From a bacterium (GTDB taxonomy: Bacteria; Patescibacteriota; CPR2; UBA1875; CAIMLA01): 64,000 bases of DNA. Made by a program: the position numbers and the translations under genes. Positions 18,990-29,692 of this stretch are shown piece after piece. Numbering within the stretch: the stretch's first letter is position 1; the number at the start of each line of letters is the position of its first letter. The stretch lies in NCBI GenBank assembly GCA_037129835.1, contig JBAXUE010000004.1, positions 25,638-89,637 of the forward strand. The letters run 5' to 3'. A model generated the notes under the pieces. It ran no database searches and was not told the DNA's origin. It saw only the letters and a program-made list of their open reading frames with translations.

Positions 18990-19223
18990 TTAGCTTATTG
19001 TATCGCAAGTCTTACTACCGCACTTCCCCTTTTTAATATAAGTCTTACAGAAAGGTGAGGGGGCTTTACCTTCCTTTAGCTTTCGTCGGCAAACATCTTT
19101 CTCATCTTCACTGATAGACTTGGTACTATTTTTCATCAAAAAATAGGCCAGTGTCTGATAAAAAGCATAAGAAATAACTATTGTTGCAAGGACAAACCCA
19201 CCGATAATATATACGAATTCCAT
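18990..19223 (-). CDS. Small single-TM protein with Cys-rich C-terminus
   Basis: 77 aa, AGGAG SD, N-terminal TM helix, four Cys in a basic tail. Confidence 0.6.
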   Translation of the reverse strand: MEFVYIIGGFVLATIVISYAFYQTLAYFLMKNSTKSISEDEKDVCRRKLKEGKAPSPFCKTYIKKGKCGSKTCDTIS

Positions 19224-19291
19224 ATATATCTCCTAATTTATGTATAAATTGTATCTGAATTGTTAAAAATTTTCAAGAAATGAGCTCGATT

Positions 19292-19861
19292 TTAAATATA
19301 TTTCGCTATCAATCGATCAAGTTCTCCAAAGGTAGCGTGCTTATCCCCTTCCAGTGTAATAATTTTGTGGTCTATATGGCCGCTTTTCTCGAGCCTTGCC
19401 AAGTCTTTCAAATCCCCCTCAATTGTATTGATACGACTCTTAAGCTCCGCCTCCGAAAGATTGCGCTCACTAATACGCCTAACCGTGTTTTCTATAATAG
19501 GTTCAGCCAGCGAAAGGTGAACTATAACGGTTTCTGGCATCTTCTCTTTTAGCTCAACCGCTCTATCAGCCGTCAGTGTATATACGCAGTGGCCTTTCTC
19601 TAATAACGAATCCACATCAGCTTTCCTTTTACCATAATAATGATCGTTAAAAATTGTGTACTCTAATAATTCGTCATTTTCTATCATCTGCAAATATTCT
19701 GCGGGTGTGAAATGTATATATTCATCTAGATTGCCTTCTCTGGGCGGTCTGGTAGTAACCGATGGTATATAGTGAAGGCCATGGTTCTCTACGAGGTATT
19801 TTGAGTAATACGTCTTACCAACACCGGTTGTACCAACAAAAGCAAAAATTCTATTTTTCAT
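19292..19861 (-). CDS. gmk: Guanylate kinase (Gmk-like)
   Basis: GTTGVGKT P-loop, VTTRPPREG, EY.F, LEY....HYYG. Confidence 0.8.
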   Translation of the reverse strand: MKNRIFAFVGTTGVGKTYYSKYLVENHGLHYIPSVTTRPPREGNLDEYIHFTPAEYLQMIENDELLEYTIFNDHYYGKRKADVDSLLEKGHCVYTLTADRAVELKEKMPETVIVHLSLAEPIIENTVRRISERNLSEAELKSRINTIEGDLKDLARLEKSGHIDHKIITLEGDKHATFGELDRLIAKYI

Positions 19862-19868
19862 ATTCTGA

Positions 19869-21089
19869 TTATTCTATACCAGGTACCGGATATTTCTCAA
19901 CTATTTTCTTAACGTCTTCTCGTATCTCGGTATATATATCTTCATTTCCGACATTTTTGAGAGTTTTTATGAGCAACTGAGCAACTTTCGTGCAATCATC
20001 TTCTTTAAAGCCTCTAGTGGTTATGGCTGGGGTCCCGATTCGAATACCCGAGGTCACAAAAGGGCTTTCTGGGTCGTTTGGAATCGCATTTTTATTGACC
20101 GTAATGTGCACCTTATCGAGCTCGGCTTCTGCGACCTTGCCCGTAACTCCTAAATTTCGTAAATCCAATAAGATTAAGTGATTATCAGAACCACCGGAAA
20201 CCATATTTACTTTTTCTTCATTGAAAACCGCTTCCATCGCCTTGATGTTCTTAATTACCTGCGTGGCGTAAAGTTTGAACTCTGGCTTTAGAGCCTCACC
20301 GAAACAAATAGCTTTTGCGGCAATAATATGCTCAAGTGGACCGCCCTGAGAGCCCGGAAAGACCGCTTTGTCTATTGCCTTCGCATACTCTTCTTTACAC
20401 AAGATAATCCCGCCTCTAGGGCCTCTGAGCGTCTTATGGGTAGTAGAAGTAACCACATCGGCATAAGGAATCGGGGATTGATGCAAGCCAGCAGCTACAA
20501 GGCCTGCAATATGAGCCATATCTACCATTAGTTTCGCACCCACTCTGTCTGCAATGACTCTAAATTTTGCAAAATCGATCTCTCTTGGATAAGCTGAAGC
20601 GCCGGCAATAATCATTTTAGGTTTATGTTCTATGGCTAGTTTCTCTAGATTTTCATAATCGATATAGCCCTCAGGCGTTAAACCGTAGGGTACTATATTA
20701 TAAAGTTTTCCTGAGAAATTAACCGGGCTACCATGAGTCAAATGCCCACCCTGGTCAAGTGCTTGGCCCATTACCGTATCACCTGGCTCGACCAGAGCTA
20801 GATACGCGGCAAAATTCGCATTAGCACCACAATGCGGCTGAACATTAGCATATTCAGCACCAAAAAGTTTCTTTACTCTTTCTCTGGCCAAATCCTCTAC
20901 TTTATCGATGTATTCGCAACCACCGTAATATCTGTGAGAAGGAGTGCCTTCGGCATATTTATTCGTAAGTATAGAACCTGCTGCCGCTAAAATTTCTTCT
21001 GAAACATAGTTTTCACTCGCAATCAGCTCAATCCCGTTTTTTTGACGACCTTTTTCTAGCTCGATTATGTCAAAAACTTCGCTGTCCAT
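19869..21089 (-). CDS. glyA: Serine hydroxymethyltransferase
   Basis: [42 protein letters not shown]. Confidence 0.98.
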   Translation of the reverse strand: MDSEVFDIIELEKGRQKNGIELIASENYVSEEILAAAGSILTNKYAEGTPSHRYYGGCEYIDKVEDLARERVKKLFGAEYANVQPHCGANANFAAYLALVEPGDTVMGQALDQGGHLTHGSPVNFSGKLYNIVPYGLTPEGYIDYENLEKLAIEHKPKMIIAGASAYPREIDFAKFRVIADRVGAKLMVDMAHIAGLVAAGLHQSPIPYADVVTSTTHKTLRGPRGGIILCKEEYAKAIDKAVFPGSQGGPLEHIIAAKAICFGEALKPEFKLYATQVIKNIKAMEAVFNEEKVNMVSGGSDNHLILLDLRNLGVTGKVAEAELDKVHITVNKNAIPNDPESPFVTSGIRIGTPAITTRGFKEDDCTKVAQLLIKTLKNVGNEDIYTEIREDVKKIVEKYPVPGIE

Positions 21090-21105
21090 GTAGTCCCCCT
21101 TTGTA

Positions 21106-21936
21106 TTAATTATCTAATCTATATGCCTTCAGGGTGTTTGATATCAGCATCGCGACAGTCATTGGGCCAACGCCACCGATGCTTGGAGTGATATAGCTAG
21201 CCTTTTTGGAGACTTTATCGAAATCTACATCCCCGACTATCTTGCCTTCTATTACCGAAGTCCCGATATCGATAACTACAGTGCCTTTATTTAGCATACT
21301 CGCCTTGATAAGACTCGGCTTACCGACTGCGCTAATAACAATATCTGAGTTTAATGTTAGTTCCTTTAGATTTTTTGTTTTGCTACTTGCGATAGACACT
21401 GTTGATTTCTCGTTGAGCAGCATGATAGAGAGAGGTCTGCCGACTAGGTTGCTTTGTCCTACCATAGCAACCTTACTGCCCACAAGTGGGATCTGATAAT
21501 ACTTGCACAGATTGATAACTCCTTCGGGTGTTGCTGGGAATAACCCTGGCATTCTTTTCATAAGGCGTCCTAGATTGATAGAATTTAGCCCATCGACGTC
21601 CTTTGCAGGAGCGATCGCTTCTAGCAACTCATTAGTATCAAAAACAACAGGTATAGGTAGTTGTACGATGATACCTGTGATTTTATTGTCATTATTAAGT
21701 TTTTGTATCAGCTGTAGTACCAAGGCTTGTTTGTCATTTTCTTTGAAACGGAACATTTTAAAATCTATACCCACGGCCATACATGCCCTCTCCTTGATTC
21801 CAACATATTTTTCGCTCGCAGGGTCAGAGCCAATAAGAATAACGGCGAGACAAAGACTTAGCTTGTCTTTAACTATATCGGTAGCAACCTGTTCGCGAAT
21901 AGTTGCTGATAGTTCTTTTCCGCTCATAAGTATCAT
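21106..21936 (-). CDS. folD: Bifunctional methylene-THF dehydrogenase/cyclohydrolase
   Basis: [37 protein letters not shown]. Confidence 0.95.
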   Translation of the reverse strand: MILMSGKELSATIREQVATDIVKDKLSLCLAVILIGSDPASEKYVGIKERACMAVGIDFKMFRFKENDKQALVLQLIQKLNNDNKITGIIVQLPIPVVFDTNELLEAIAPAKDVDGLNSINLGRLMKRMPGLFPATPEGVINLCKYYQIPLVGSKVAMVGQSNLVGRPLSIMLLNEKSTVSIASSKTKNLKELTLNSDIVISAVGKPSLIKASMLNKGTVVIDIGTSVIEGKIVGDVDFDKVSKKASYITPSIGGVGPMTVAMLISNTLKAYRLDN

Positions 21937-23003
21937 AATTTTTGTATATACTCCTCATAAACTATTTCTGCCCAATTTTCTTTACCATCTATATATTTAG
22001 GTAAGTCCTCTTTTGCTACAAAAAAACCTTTTAGCTTATCTTCTTCTAAAACCTTGATATTTTGATTTTTTGCTTCAGCAGAATAGACAAAGCCGATGTG
22101 ATGTCTGGAAACTTCTTGTTTATCGTCATACATAAAACCAACTAGCTTAATGTCTCCCAAGCTTTCTACCCAGACTTCTTCGTCGAGCTCACGTCTCATA
22201 CCGCGCTCAATGACGTCTTCGCCCTCTATCTCACTAGTAGAATCAGCAGGATTAATATGCCCACCGACACCAAATGTAAAAGCATTGTGTAACCTTTTTT
22301 CTCCACTACGTGGTAGGCGTTGCATTACAAAATAATTATCTTCATTTTTTATGACTATATAAGGGATTATTTGTTTATAATTCTCATCTTTTTCCGCATC
22401 ATCACGATTCACAAAACGAATATTTGAAAGTATTTTTTTATAAAAAGTAGGATCATATTTTTTATAGCCGATGAAGCTTCCTGCTTCTTTGAAAGTTTTC
22501 TCTGAAATGGCCAAAACCTGTTCTGATATCATTGCTGTATTAAAAGTAGGCTCCTTATGTATCTCAAGGATGATTCCGACCTCATTAATCAACTGGATTG
22601 AATCATCATCTGGGTAATTGTGGATACAGACGATTCTCTTGATCCCTGCGTTTACCATAATCTTGGTACATAAAATGCAAGGTGTGTGAGTACAATACAT
22701 TGTAGCGCCCTGAGTAGTAACACCATGAAGAGCTGCTTGAATTATCGCGTTTTGTTCGGCATGTATGGCTCTACAGATCTCGTGCCTAGTGCCAGATTTT
22801 ATCTTTTGTTGGTCGCGGAGACAACCAAGTTCCAAACAATCCTTAGCTCCCGCTGCTGCGCCGTTATATCCAGTTGAAAGTATTTGTTTATCACGAACCA
22901 AAACAGCCCCGACTTTGTGCCTAAGGCAAGTCGAGCGTTGTGAAACTACTTTTGCAATTTCCAAGAAATATTCGTCGATATCCGGTCTAAGTTGTTGTGC
23001 CAT
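21933..23003 (-). CDS. dCMP deaminase fused to a C-terminal NUDIX (YmaB-like) hydrolase
   Basis: N-terminal RSTC..VGA, TGYNG, HAEQNA, PCILC. C-terminal [22 protein letters not shown] Nudix box. Confidence 0.85.
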   Translation of the reverse strand: MAQQLRPDIDEYFLEIAKVVSQRSTCLRHKVGAVLVRDKQILSTGYNGAAAGAKDCLELGCLRDQQKIKSGTRHEICRAIHAEQNAIIQAALHGVTTQGATMYCTHTPCILCTKIMVNAGIKRIVCIHNYPDDDSIQLINEVGIILEIHKEPTFNTAMISEQVLAISEKTFKEAGSFIGYKKYDPTFYKKILSNIRFVNRDDAEKDENYKQIIPYIVIKNEDNYFVMQRLPRSGEKRLHNAFTFGVGGHINPADSTSEIEGEDVIERGMRRELDEEVWVESLGDIKLVGFMYDDKQEVSRHHIGFVYSAEAKNQNIKVLEEDKLKGFFVAKEDLPKYIDGKENWAEIVYEEYIQKL

Positions 23004-23020
23004 AATAGTAATATTTTAAC

Positions 23021-24961
23021 TTAGTTTTGATTGTTAGAGAAGTACCATTTGAGAACATCGTTGGCAACAGGGGCTGCAAATACGTCTCCACCTCCTGCTC
23101 CTTCAACCAATATCGCCATAGCAATAGGCTGCGCTGCATCTTTTGTAAAACAGATAAACCAAGCATGCGACTTGCTATTGTCAGGACCATATTGAGCTGT
23201 ACCTGTTTTTGCATAAACTTCTTTGGGTAAAGTATTCAGCAATCTACCCGAACCCGTTGTTACCGTCTCTCTCATTCCCCTTGTTACAACATCTATGGTC
23301 GCCGGACTTACCACATTGCTTCTAACGACCTTAGGGGTTGTAGTTTTTATAACAGCCCCACTCCCATCAGTAATGCTTTTAACTATGCTTGGTTGATATA
23401 GAGTTCCCCCGTTTGCTATTGCAGCCGTTGCATTTGCCATTTGCAATGGTGTCGCCAAAAGATCACCCTGTCCAATGGCCATATGGTAAGTATCTCCCAA
23501 ATACCAATCTTCATTGAATATTCTAAGTTTCCAGGCCGGATCTGGTATATTGCCTTTTGATTCTCCACCGATATCGATACCAGAATATTCATCAAAACCA
23601 AACTTATCTAGATAGGTCTTAATTTTATCAGGGCCAAGGCCAGTGATACCGCCGTAACCGCCGCCTATTGCGTAAAAGAACGTGTTTACTGAATTCGCAA
23701 TAGCTCCGACCACGTTCACGACACCGTGGCCTCCCGGTTTCCAATCAGGAAACTTAGAACCGCCAACTTCAATACCGCCCGTAGAATTAACTGTGGTGTT
23801 TTCTGTTATATTGCCTTCCTGCAAAGCCGCGGAAGCCACGAAAGGCTTTATCGTAGAACCCGATGGATATTCACCTGCAATCGCTCGATTTAATAGTGGT
23901 GTGCTTGGATCTGTCAATAAGGTCTGATAGTCTTTTTCAGAGATCCCGTTTGCAAATAAATTATTATCATATGACGGGATATTAACTAAAGCTAAAACCT
24001 GCCCATTTTGAGGATTTATAGCTACGGCAGTCGCCTTTGATACCTTTGCCTTATCCATCTGAACTTTCAGTGCATCCGCGATGTGTTTTTGTAATTCTAG
24101 ATTAATTGAAAGTTGGATATTATCACCCGGTATTGGGTTTGTCGTGCCTAAGTCTTTTTTTGTTTTGCCGATTGAGTCTACTTCTGCTCTTACATAACCC
24201 ATTTTTCCACGAAGTGTGCTTTCATAGGATTTTTCTAAACCCGTTTTACCAATATAGTCAGTAAGTAAGTAACCTTCTGTTTTACTAATTTCTTCAGCTG
24301 ATATTCTATTTACATAACCTAGTGCGTGAGACAGCAGGCTAGTATCTAAGTATTGTCTAATTGGATTTACCTCAATTGTCATACCTGGCAAATTTGAAGC
24401 TTGTGATTCTAAAATAATTGATTTGTCTTTATCTATATTTTTAAGAAGCAATATGGGCTGCGTCGAATGTTCGCCTCCTTTGGTTATCTTGTTTTTTAGA
24501 TCATCCAATGATGATCCTGTTACCTTAGCGATATCCGACAGAATCTTTAATCTTTCAACAGTGTCTATGGGTAAATCGTTAGGCGTTATGCTAAGATCAT
24601 AGTTTGGCACATTTTTAACAAGCTCTGTGCCCTTAGTATCATATATTATACCCCGAGGTGCCCTAATCGGAGTTTGATGAACATAATTATTTTCAGCTTC
24701 TGTTAAATTGGCCTTACCACTGAGTATTTCTAAACTAAAAAGCCTACCACTTAATACAACCAAACCCAAGAGGCATACTGCTAATATTATTAAAAATGGT
24801 TCTTTTTTTCGATCATTTTCAATATTGGGAGCCTCAGCGTCTGATGGTAATAAATGTTGCAACCATTTTTCAGAATTTTGATTTGGAGAATTCTTAAGAT
24901 GCCACTTTTTATTACCGCTTTCTAGGTAAATAAGCTTTTTAAAAATATTTTTATCTTTCAA
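23021..24961 (-). CDS. mrdA: Penicillin-binding protein 2
   Basis: APRGIIYD, GKTGLE, PSGSTIK (SxxK), SVN (SxN), KTGTAQ. Follows mreBCD. Confidence 0.93.
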   Translation of the reverse strand: MKDKNIFKKLIYLESGNKKWHLKNSPNQNSEKWLQHLLPSDAEAPNIENDRKKEPFLIILAVCLLGLVVLSGRLFSLEILSGKANLTEAENNYVHQTPIRAPRGIIYDTKGTELVKNVPNYDLSITPNDLPIDTVERLKILSDIAKVTGSSLDDLKNKITKGGEHSTQPILLLKNIDKDKSIILESQASNLPGMTIEVNPIRQYLDTSLLSHALGYVNRISAEEISKTEGYLLTDYIGKTGLEKSYESTLRGKMGYVRAEVDSIGKTKKDLGTTNPIPGDNIQLSINLELQKHIADALKVQMDKAKVSKATAVAINPQNGQVLALVNIPSYDNNLFANGISEKDYQTLLTDPSTPLLNRAIAGEYPSGSTIKPFVASAALQEGNITENTTVNSTGGIEVGGSKFPDWKPGGHGVVNVVGAIANSVNTFFYAIGGGYGGITGLGPDKIKTYLDKFGFDEYSGIDIGGESKGNIPDPAWKLRIFNEDWYLGDTYHMAIGQGDLLATPLQMANATAAIANGGTLYQPSIVKSITDGSGAVIKTTTPKVVRSNVVSPATIDVVTRGMRETVTTGSGRLLNTLPKEVYAKTGTAQYGPDNSKSHAWFICFTKDAAQPIAMAILVEGAGGGDVFAAPVANDVLKWYFSNNQN

Positions 24962-25458
24962 CCCCTAAACCTTTCCCTGGTTTCTTTCTCTATCCAATCG
25001 AAATATTTTCCGCCAAAACGCAATAATAGAAAAGACTCAGTAAAAACTGCCAAAATATTTATTATTAATAAAATATATAAAGAAACATTTTGATATGAAC
25101 TAATAATAACATCGTAGGAAAAGAATATAGAGATGATATAACCAACTAACACTAATATATATATTGCCCTATTAACACTGTAGCTAGTAAGCTTCGAGAA
25201 TAGAAATTTCGAGAATAGAATAATACTAATAAATAACAAGGTATACAAAGGAAGGGTCAGCCTTGTTGCACTATCATATATAAGCCCTGCCAATAAAGCT
25301 AAAAAATATGGATATATAGTCTTATCCTTTATCGAGATAATCGCCAAATATGGTAAAACTAAAATCGGGGTTGTTAAATATGGCCAAAAATGAGGAAGAA
25401 AACTGATACCCATAATCGATAATGCGAATGTCATTAAAGCGGATGAAAAATATATCAT
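24958..25458 (-). CDS. mreD: Rod shape-determining protein MreD (divergent)
   Basis: Polytopic 166 aa protein with GLIYD, located between mreC and pbp2. Confidence 0.7.
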   Translation of the reverse strand: MIYFSSALMTFALSIMGISFLPHFWPYLTTPILVLPYLAIISIKDKTIYPYFLALLAGLIYDSATRLTLPLYTLLFISIILFSKFLFSKLTSYSVNRAIYILVLVGYIISIFFSYDVIISSYQNVSLYILLIINILAVFTESFLLLRFGGKYFDWIEKETRERFRG

Positions 25459-26234
25459 TTTTTTACTATCATTACTTTTCTAATTTTAGAAAATTCTACC
25501 ATGGGGTCAAGGCGGATTTGCTGAAATATGGAGCCTGATACTTTTTGTATATCACTTACACGGCCTAAAATAATTCCACTCGGAAGGTTACCACCAAGCC
25601 CAGAGGTAACGACCAAATCGCCTTTTGTGACCTCGTCACCTTGCGGTACCTGGTCTAAAATTAGCCCATTTCCTATAAGTCCTTTTGCTATACCGGTTGT
25701 ATTCTTTGATTTTATCACTGCCGGTATCACGCTATCGCTATCAATGACTAGGGATACGTTTAAATTATTTCCATTTATTTTACTAACACTACCGATTAAA
25801 TAGCCATCAGCAATAACTGCACTGCCCCTTGATATTTGAGAACTATCGTCGACAAAAACATTTATACCGCTACTCAGAGTGGGGTCGAAAGAAGTAATTA
25901 TTCCCGGAAGAAGATTCAAACCACTGCTTTTTTGAAAACCTAGAAGCTTGGTCAATGAGTCATTTTCTTTTTTTGATTCTGCTAAAATTGCATTTTCTGA
26001 CAAGGCTTGATTGAGCTTGTTTTTTAGATCGCTATTTTCTGCCTGTAATGTACCAATGTTGGCAAGTCCTCCGAAGAAACCCGAAATACTTGATCCGGTT
26101 GTTGTAAAAACGAGTTCAACGGGAGTAAATAAATTACCAGCTACTTTAATAATACCTATGTTGAATACAAAATCAAAAACAACTCCTAAGGACAAAATTA
26201 TTGCGATGGTGAGAAATATAAATTTTTTTTTCAT
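25455..26234 (-). CDS. mreC: Rod shape-determining protein MreC
   Basis: TM helix, coiled coil (ENSDLK..ENDSL), GDLVVTSGLGG.LP.GI. Confidence 0.9.
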   Translation of the reverse strand: MKKKFIFLTIAIILSLGVVFDFVFNIGIIKVAGNLFTPVELVFTTTGSSISGFFGGLANIGTLQAENSDLKNKLNQALSENAILAESKKENDSLTKLLGFQKSSGLNLLPGIITSFDPTLSSGINVFVDDSSQISRGSAVIADGYLIGSVSKINGNNLNVSLVIDSDSVIPAVIKSKNTTGIAKGLIGNGLILDQVPQGDEVTKGDLVVTSGLGGNLPSGIILGRVSDIQKVSGSIFQQIRLDPMVEFSKIRKVMIVKK

Positions 26235-26236
26235 AA

Positions 26237-27292
26237 CTAAATTCTCGGTGATTTAGCATATTGAGTCGTAACGAGAACATCCTTTAACAAATCAATGTCT
26301 TCAAGAACTAGACCGGCTCCACGTACAACTGAAGTTAACGGATCATCTGCTATATGTACTGGCATTTTAGTATTTAAGCTCAGAAGCTTATCCAAACCCT
26401 TTAAAAGAGCTCCGCCGCCAGCAAGCACTATCCCTTTATCCATAATATCTGCAACAAGCTCAGGAGGGGTTTCTTCTACGGTCATCCTAACTGCATCAAC
26501 TATTGACATAACTGATTTTGATAAAGCTTGTCTAATCTGATCAGAATCAACAGATATCGCTTTTGGTAAACCAGTAACAAGATCTCTGCCCCTCATTACA
26601 GCTTCGGTCTTTTCTCCAACCGGATATGCAGAACCTATACTAATCTTGATATCTTCAGCGGTTCTTTCGCCGAGTAAGAGATTAAACTCATCTTTTGCAA
26701 ACTGAATAATGTCTTCGTTGAGCTCATCGCCAGCAATTCTTAGTGATCTTGAAGCAACAATCCCACCCAAGGAAACAACCGCTACTTCTGTAGTGCCGCC
26801 GCCGATATCAACTATCATAGAACCTGCTGCTTCCTGTATGGGCATTCTGGCCCCTATAGCGGCCGCCATTGGCTCTTCTATAAGAAAGGCTTGCCTAGCT
26901 CCGGCATTGATAGTTGCGTCCTCTACGGCTCTTTTTTCTACTTCAGTTACTCCAGAAGGTATCCCGATAACAACTCTCGGCCTGGGCATTAAAGTAAAGC
27001 TTTCTTTGTGTACTTTTTGGATAAAATACTTAAGCATTTGTTCGGTAACCTCGAAATCGCTTACTACGCCGTCCACAAGTGGCCTTCTAGCCACAATGTT
27101 TGCAGGCGTTCTTCCAACCATTCTTTTAGCTTCTTCTCCAATCGCAAGTATCTGTTTGGTCTTAACATTAAGAGCGACAACAGAAGGCTCATTAATAACT
27201 ATGCCCTTGCCCTTAACGTATACAAGAGTATTGGCGGTGCCAAGATCTATACCAATGTCATGGCTGAAATAGCCAAAAAATTTATTTAGCAT
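26237..27292 (-). CDS. mreB: Rod shape-determining protein MreB
   Basis: IGIDLGTANT, EPSVVA, EEPMAAAIGA, DIGGGTTE, LAGGGALL. Confidence 0.98.
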   Translation of the reverse strand: MLNKFFGYFSHDIGIDLGTANTLVYVKGKGIVINEPSVVALNVKTKQILAIGEEAKRMVGRTPANIVARRPLVDGVVSDFEVTEQMLKYFIQKVHKESFTLMPRPRVVIGIPSGVTEVEKRAVEDATINAGARQAFLIEEPMAAAIGARMPIQEAAGSMIVDIGGGTTEVAVVSLGGIVASRSLRIAGDELNEDIIQFAKDEFNLLLGERTAEDIKISIGSAYPVGEKTEAVMRGRDLVTGLPKAISVDSDQIRQALSKSVMSIVDAVRMTVEETPPELVADIMDKGIVLAGGGALLKGLDKLLSLNTKMPVHIADDPLTSVVRGAGLVLEDIDLLKDVLVTTQYAKSPRI

Positions 27293-28544
27293 TTAGTGTC
27301 TCCTCGACAGCTGCGATTAATTCATCTATCCTTACTATTTCGCTTTTTTCCGCAGAACGTAATTTTAGTTCAACTGAATCATTATCAAGTGACTTCTTAC
27401 TTATAAGCAACCTTAATGGGCAACCAATAATATCCGCATCGGCAAATTTGGTTCCCGCAGTTTCGTCGCGATCGTCCCACAGAACATCATAACCATGTTC
27501 TAAGAGCTCATTATAGATTTTATCTGCGGTTTTGTTAACACTTTCGTCGCCCAAAGTAATGAGATGAATCTCAAAAGGGGCAATACTTCTAGGCCAAATT
27601 ACACCCGCCTTATCGTGAGACACTTCTGCTACTGTTCCCATTAGTCTGCCAAGACCGATACCATAACATCCCGTCAAAACTGTTTGCCTCTTACCGTCTG
27701 CGTCGGTAAAATCTAGGTCAAAAACACTCGAGTACTTTGTCATATTTTTGAAGATATTACCAACTTCTACAGCTTTGATCTTCTTGAAGTCGGTGTTGCC
27801 GCATTCTGGACAATCTTTTTGAATATCTATAACCTCTTGGTTGATAGCAATTTTGCATTTCTCACACAAATATATAGTATCTTCTCCAGAATCGGTAATG
27901 GTTTGGAATTCGTGTGAAAATTTTGAGAATGAACCGCCAGAGGCGAATGTTAAATATGTCGCTTCACCTATTCCACAACGATTATATATATTAATGTATG
28001 CCTGTTTCATGATTTCATAATAACGATCCAAGTCCTCCAGATTGGCATGGAAGGAATACAAGTCTTTCATTAGAAATTCTTTACCCCTGAGCAATCCAGC
28101 TTTTGCACGTTTCTCATCTCGAAATTTATTTTGAATTTGGTAGACATATTTAGGTAAGTCTCGATAAGAATCAACAAAGTTTTTCATAAGCGGCATCACA
28201 ACCTCTTCGTGAGTTGCACCGAGAGCAGAATCAGTCTTTGAATAATGACTGGTAAACCGATATAGATTATCTTCGGTTTCCCAACGACCAGTTTTTTCCC
28301 AATTTTCTCTAGGATGTAGTGCGGGCATCAGAAGTTCGACTCCGCCCGCTTTATTCATCTCGTCTCGAATAATATAGGCTATTTTATCAATTACCCTTAA
28401 GCCAAGTGGTAGATAGGTATAAACTCCAGCTGAAAGCTGATCAACAAAACCTCCTCGTATTAATAAGTCAGCGTTAATGCTATCTACTTTGTTAGGGGTT
28501 TCTTTGTAAGTTTTTATTAAATATTCACCGTATTTCATTTCCAA
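27282..28544 (-). CDS. proS: Proline--tRNA ligase (short form without INS editing domain)
   Basis: ATHEE, YQIQNKFRDE.R...GLLRGKEF.MKD.YSF, EVGNIF, GCYGIG..R. Confidence 0.93.
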   Translation of the reverse strand: MEMKYGEYLIKTYKETPNKVDSINADLLIRGGFVDQLSAGVYTYLPLGLRVIDKIAYIIRDEMNKAGGVELLMPALHPRENWEKTGRWETEDNLYRFTSHYSKTDSALGATHEEVVMPLMKNFVDSYRDLPKYVYQIQNKFRDEKRAKAGLLRGKEFLMKDLYSFHANLEDLDRYYEIMKQAYINIYNRCGIGEATYLTFASGGSFSKFSHEFQTITDSGEDTIYLCEKCKIAINQEVIDIQKDCPECGNTDFKKIKAVEVGNIFKNMTKYSSVFDLDFTDADGKRQTVLTGCYGIGLGRLMGTVAEVSHDKAGVIWPRSIAPFEIHLITLGDESVNKTADKIYNELLEHGYDVLWDDRDETAGTKFADADIIGCPLRLLISKKSLDNDSVELKLRSAEKSEIVRIDELIAAVEETLNAK

Positions 28545-29692
28545 AGGCCTTTCAACATACCGATTATATTAAATGTAAATAAATCTTTCACTGTAATAAT
28601 TATTATTAACAATATAAGTACACCAAACCCTGCAAGTGATATTATATTTTTTTTCCGGCTGTCGATCTTCTTGCCCCTTATTACTTCTATTAAAGTTAGT
28701 AATATATGACCTCCGTCTAGTCCTGGTATTGGAAGTATGTTAAAAACGGCTAAACTGATACTCAAAATCGCTGCGAACTGAAGCACATACATAAAACCCA
28801 TGCTTGCAAAATAATTTGTTACCACAACGATACCAACCGGTCCGGAAATATTATCACTAACCTGGAAACGTAATACTAAGTTTTTAAAGAGATCAATAAT
28901 CGCCATAAATGTCATACCGATCGATTTAAACACTTGGCTTGTAGCCGCGACTAGTGAAGAGAATATATTGCCACGAATTACACCTACATTTTCTAGTGTT
29001 ATTCCGATTCTCTGGACATTAATTTCCTTACCGCCTGAATTTACCTTACTTTGATAGGTGGAAATATTTAATTTCTGTTCTTTATTGGCTCTTAGGACCA
29101 GCAATGACACTGATTTATTGCCGTCAGATACTTTTTGTATCAAGGTTATAACTTCTTGCATATTGGCTACTTTAATACCGTCAACCTTGATAATAATATC
29201 GCCAGATTTTAAACCTTGTTTTTCTGCGGGTGCATCTTTTTCTACACCCGTTATTAAAACTTGTCTTGAATCCGTAATATTCGAGTAGTTTTGCATGTCT
29301 GGCAAAATTGGTTGAAAGCCGACTAGGTAGCAAATATAAAGTAAAAATATTGCCAACATAATATTCATAAATACGCCAGCCACTAAAATAAAAAGTACTT
29401 CTATAGGTTTTTTAGAAGCTAGACTTTTGGGATTTGCTTGCTCTTTTACGGCCTCAGATGCTGTCAGGTTTTCTTCGTCTTGACCACGAAGTGTGCAATA
29501 GCCTCCTAGTGGTAATGCGTTGATGGCGTAGACCGTGTCTTTGTATTTTTTAGACCAAATTCTTGGTGGGAAACCAAATGCAAAAGTCTTTACCTCGACA
29601 CCAACTAGTTTGGCAGCCACAAAATGTCCAAGCTCATGGACAAAAACCAATAAACCAAAAACGAATATTAAAGCTAAAATTGTAATTATCAT
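28535..29692 (-). CDS. rseP: RIP metalloprotease RseP (M50, PDZ)
   Basis: HELGHF, FAFGFPP, PLGGY, PDZ domain, NILPIPGLDGG. Confidence 0.93.
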   Translation of the reverse strand: MIITILALIFVFGLLVFVHELGHFVAAKLVGVEVKTFAFGFPPRIWSKKYKDTVYAINALPLGGYCTLRGQDEENLTASEAVKEQANPKSLASKKPIEVLFILVAGVFMNIMLAIFLLYICYLVGFQPILPDMQNYSNITDSRQVLITGVEKDAPAEKQGLKSGDIIIKVDGIKVANMQEVITLIQKVSDGNKSVSLLVLRANKEQKLNISTYQSKVNSGGKEINVQRIGITLENVGVIRGNIFSSLVAATSQVFKSIGMTFMAIIDLFKNLVLRFQVSDNISGPVGIVVVTNYFASMGFMYVLQFAAILSISLAVFNILPIPGLDGGHILLTLIEVIRGKKIDSRKKNIISLAGFGVLILLIIIITVKDLFTFNIIGMLKGLWK

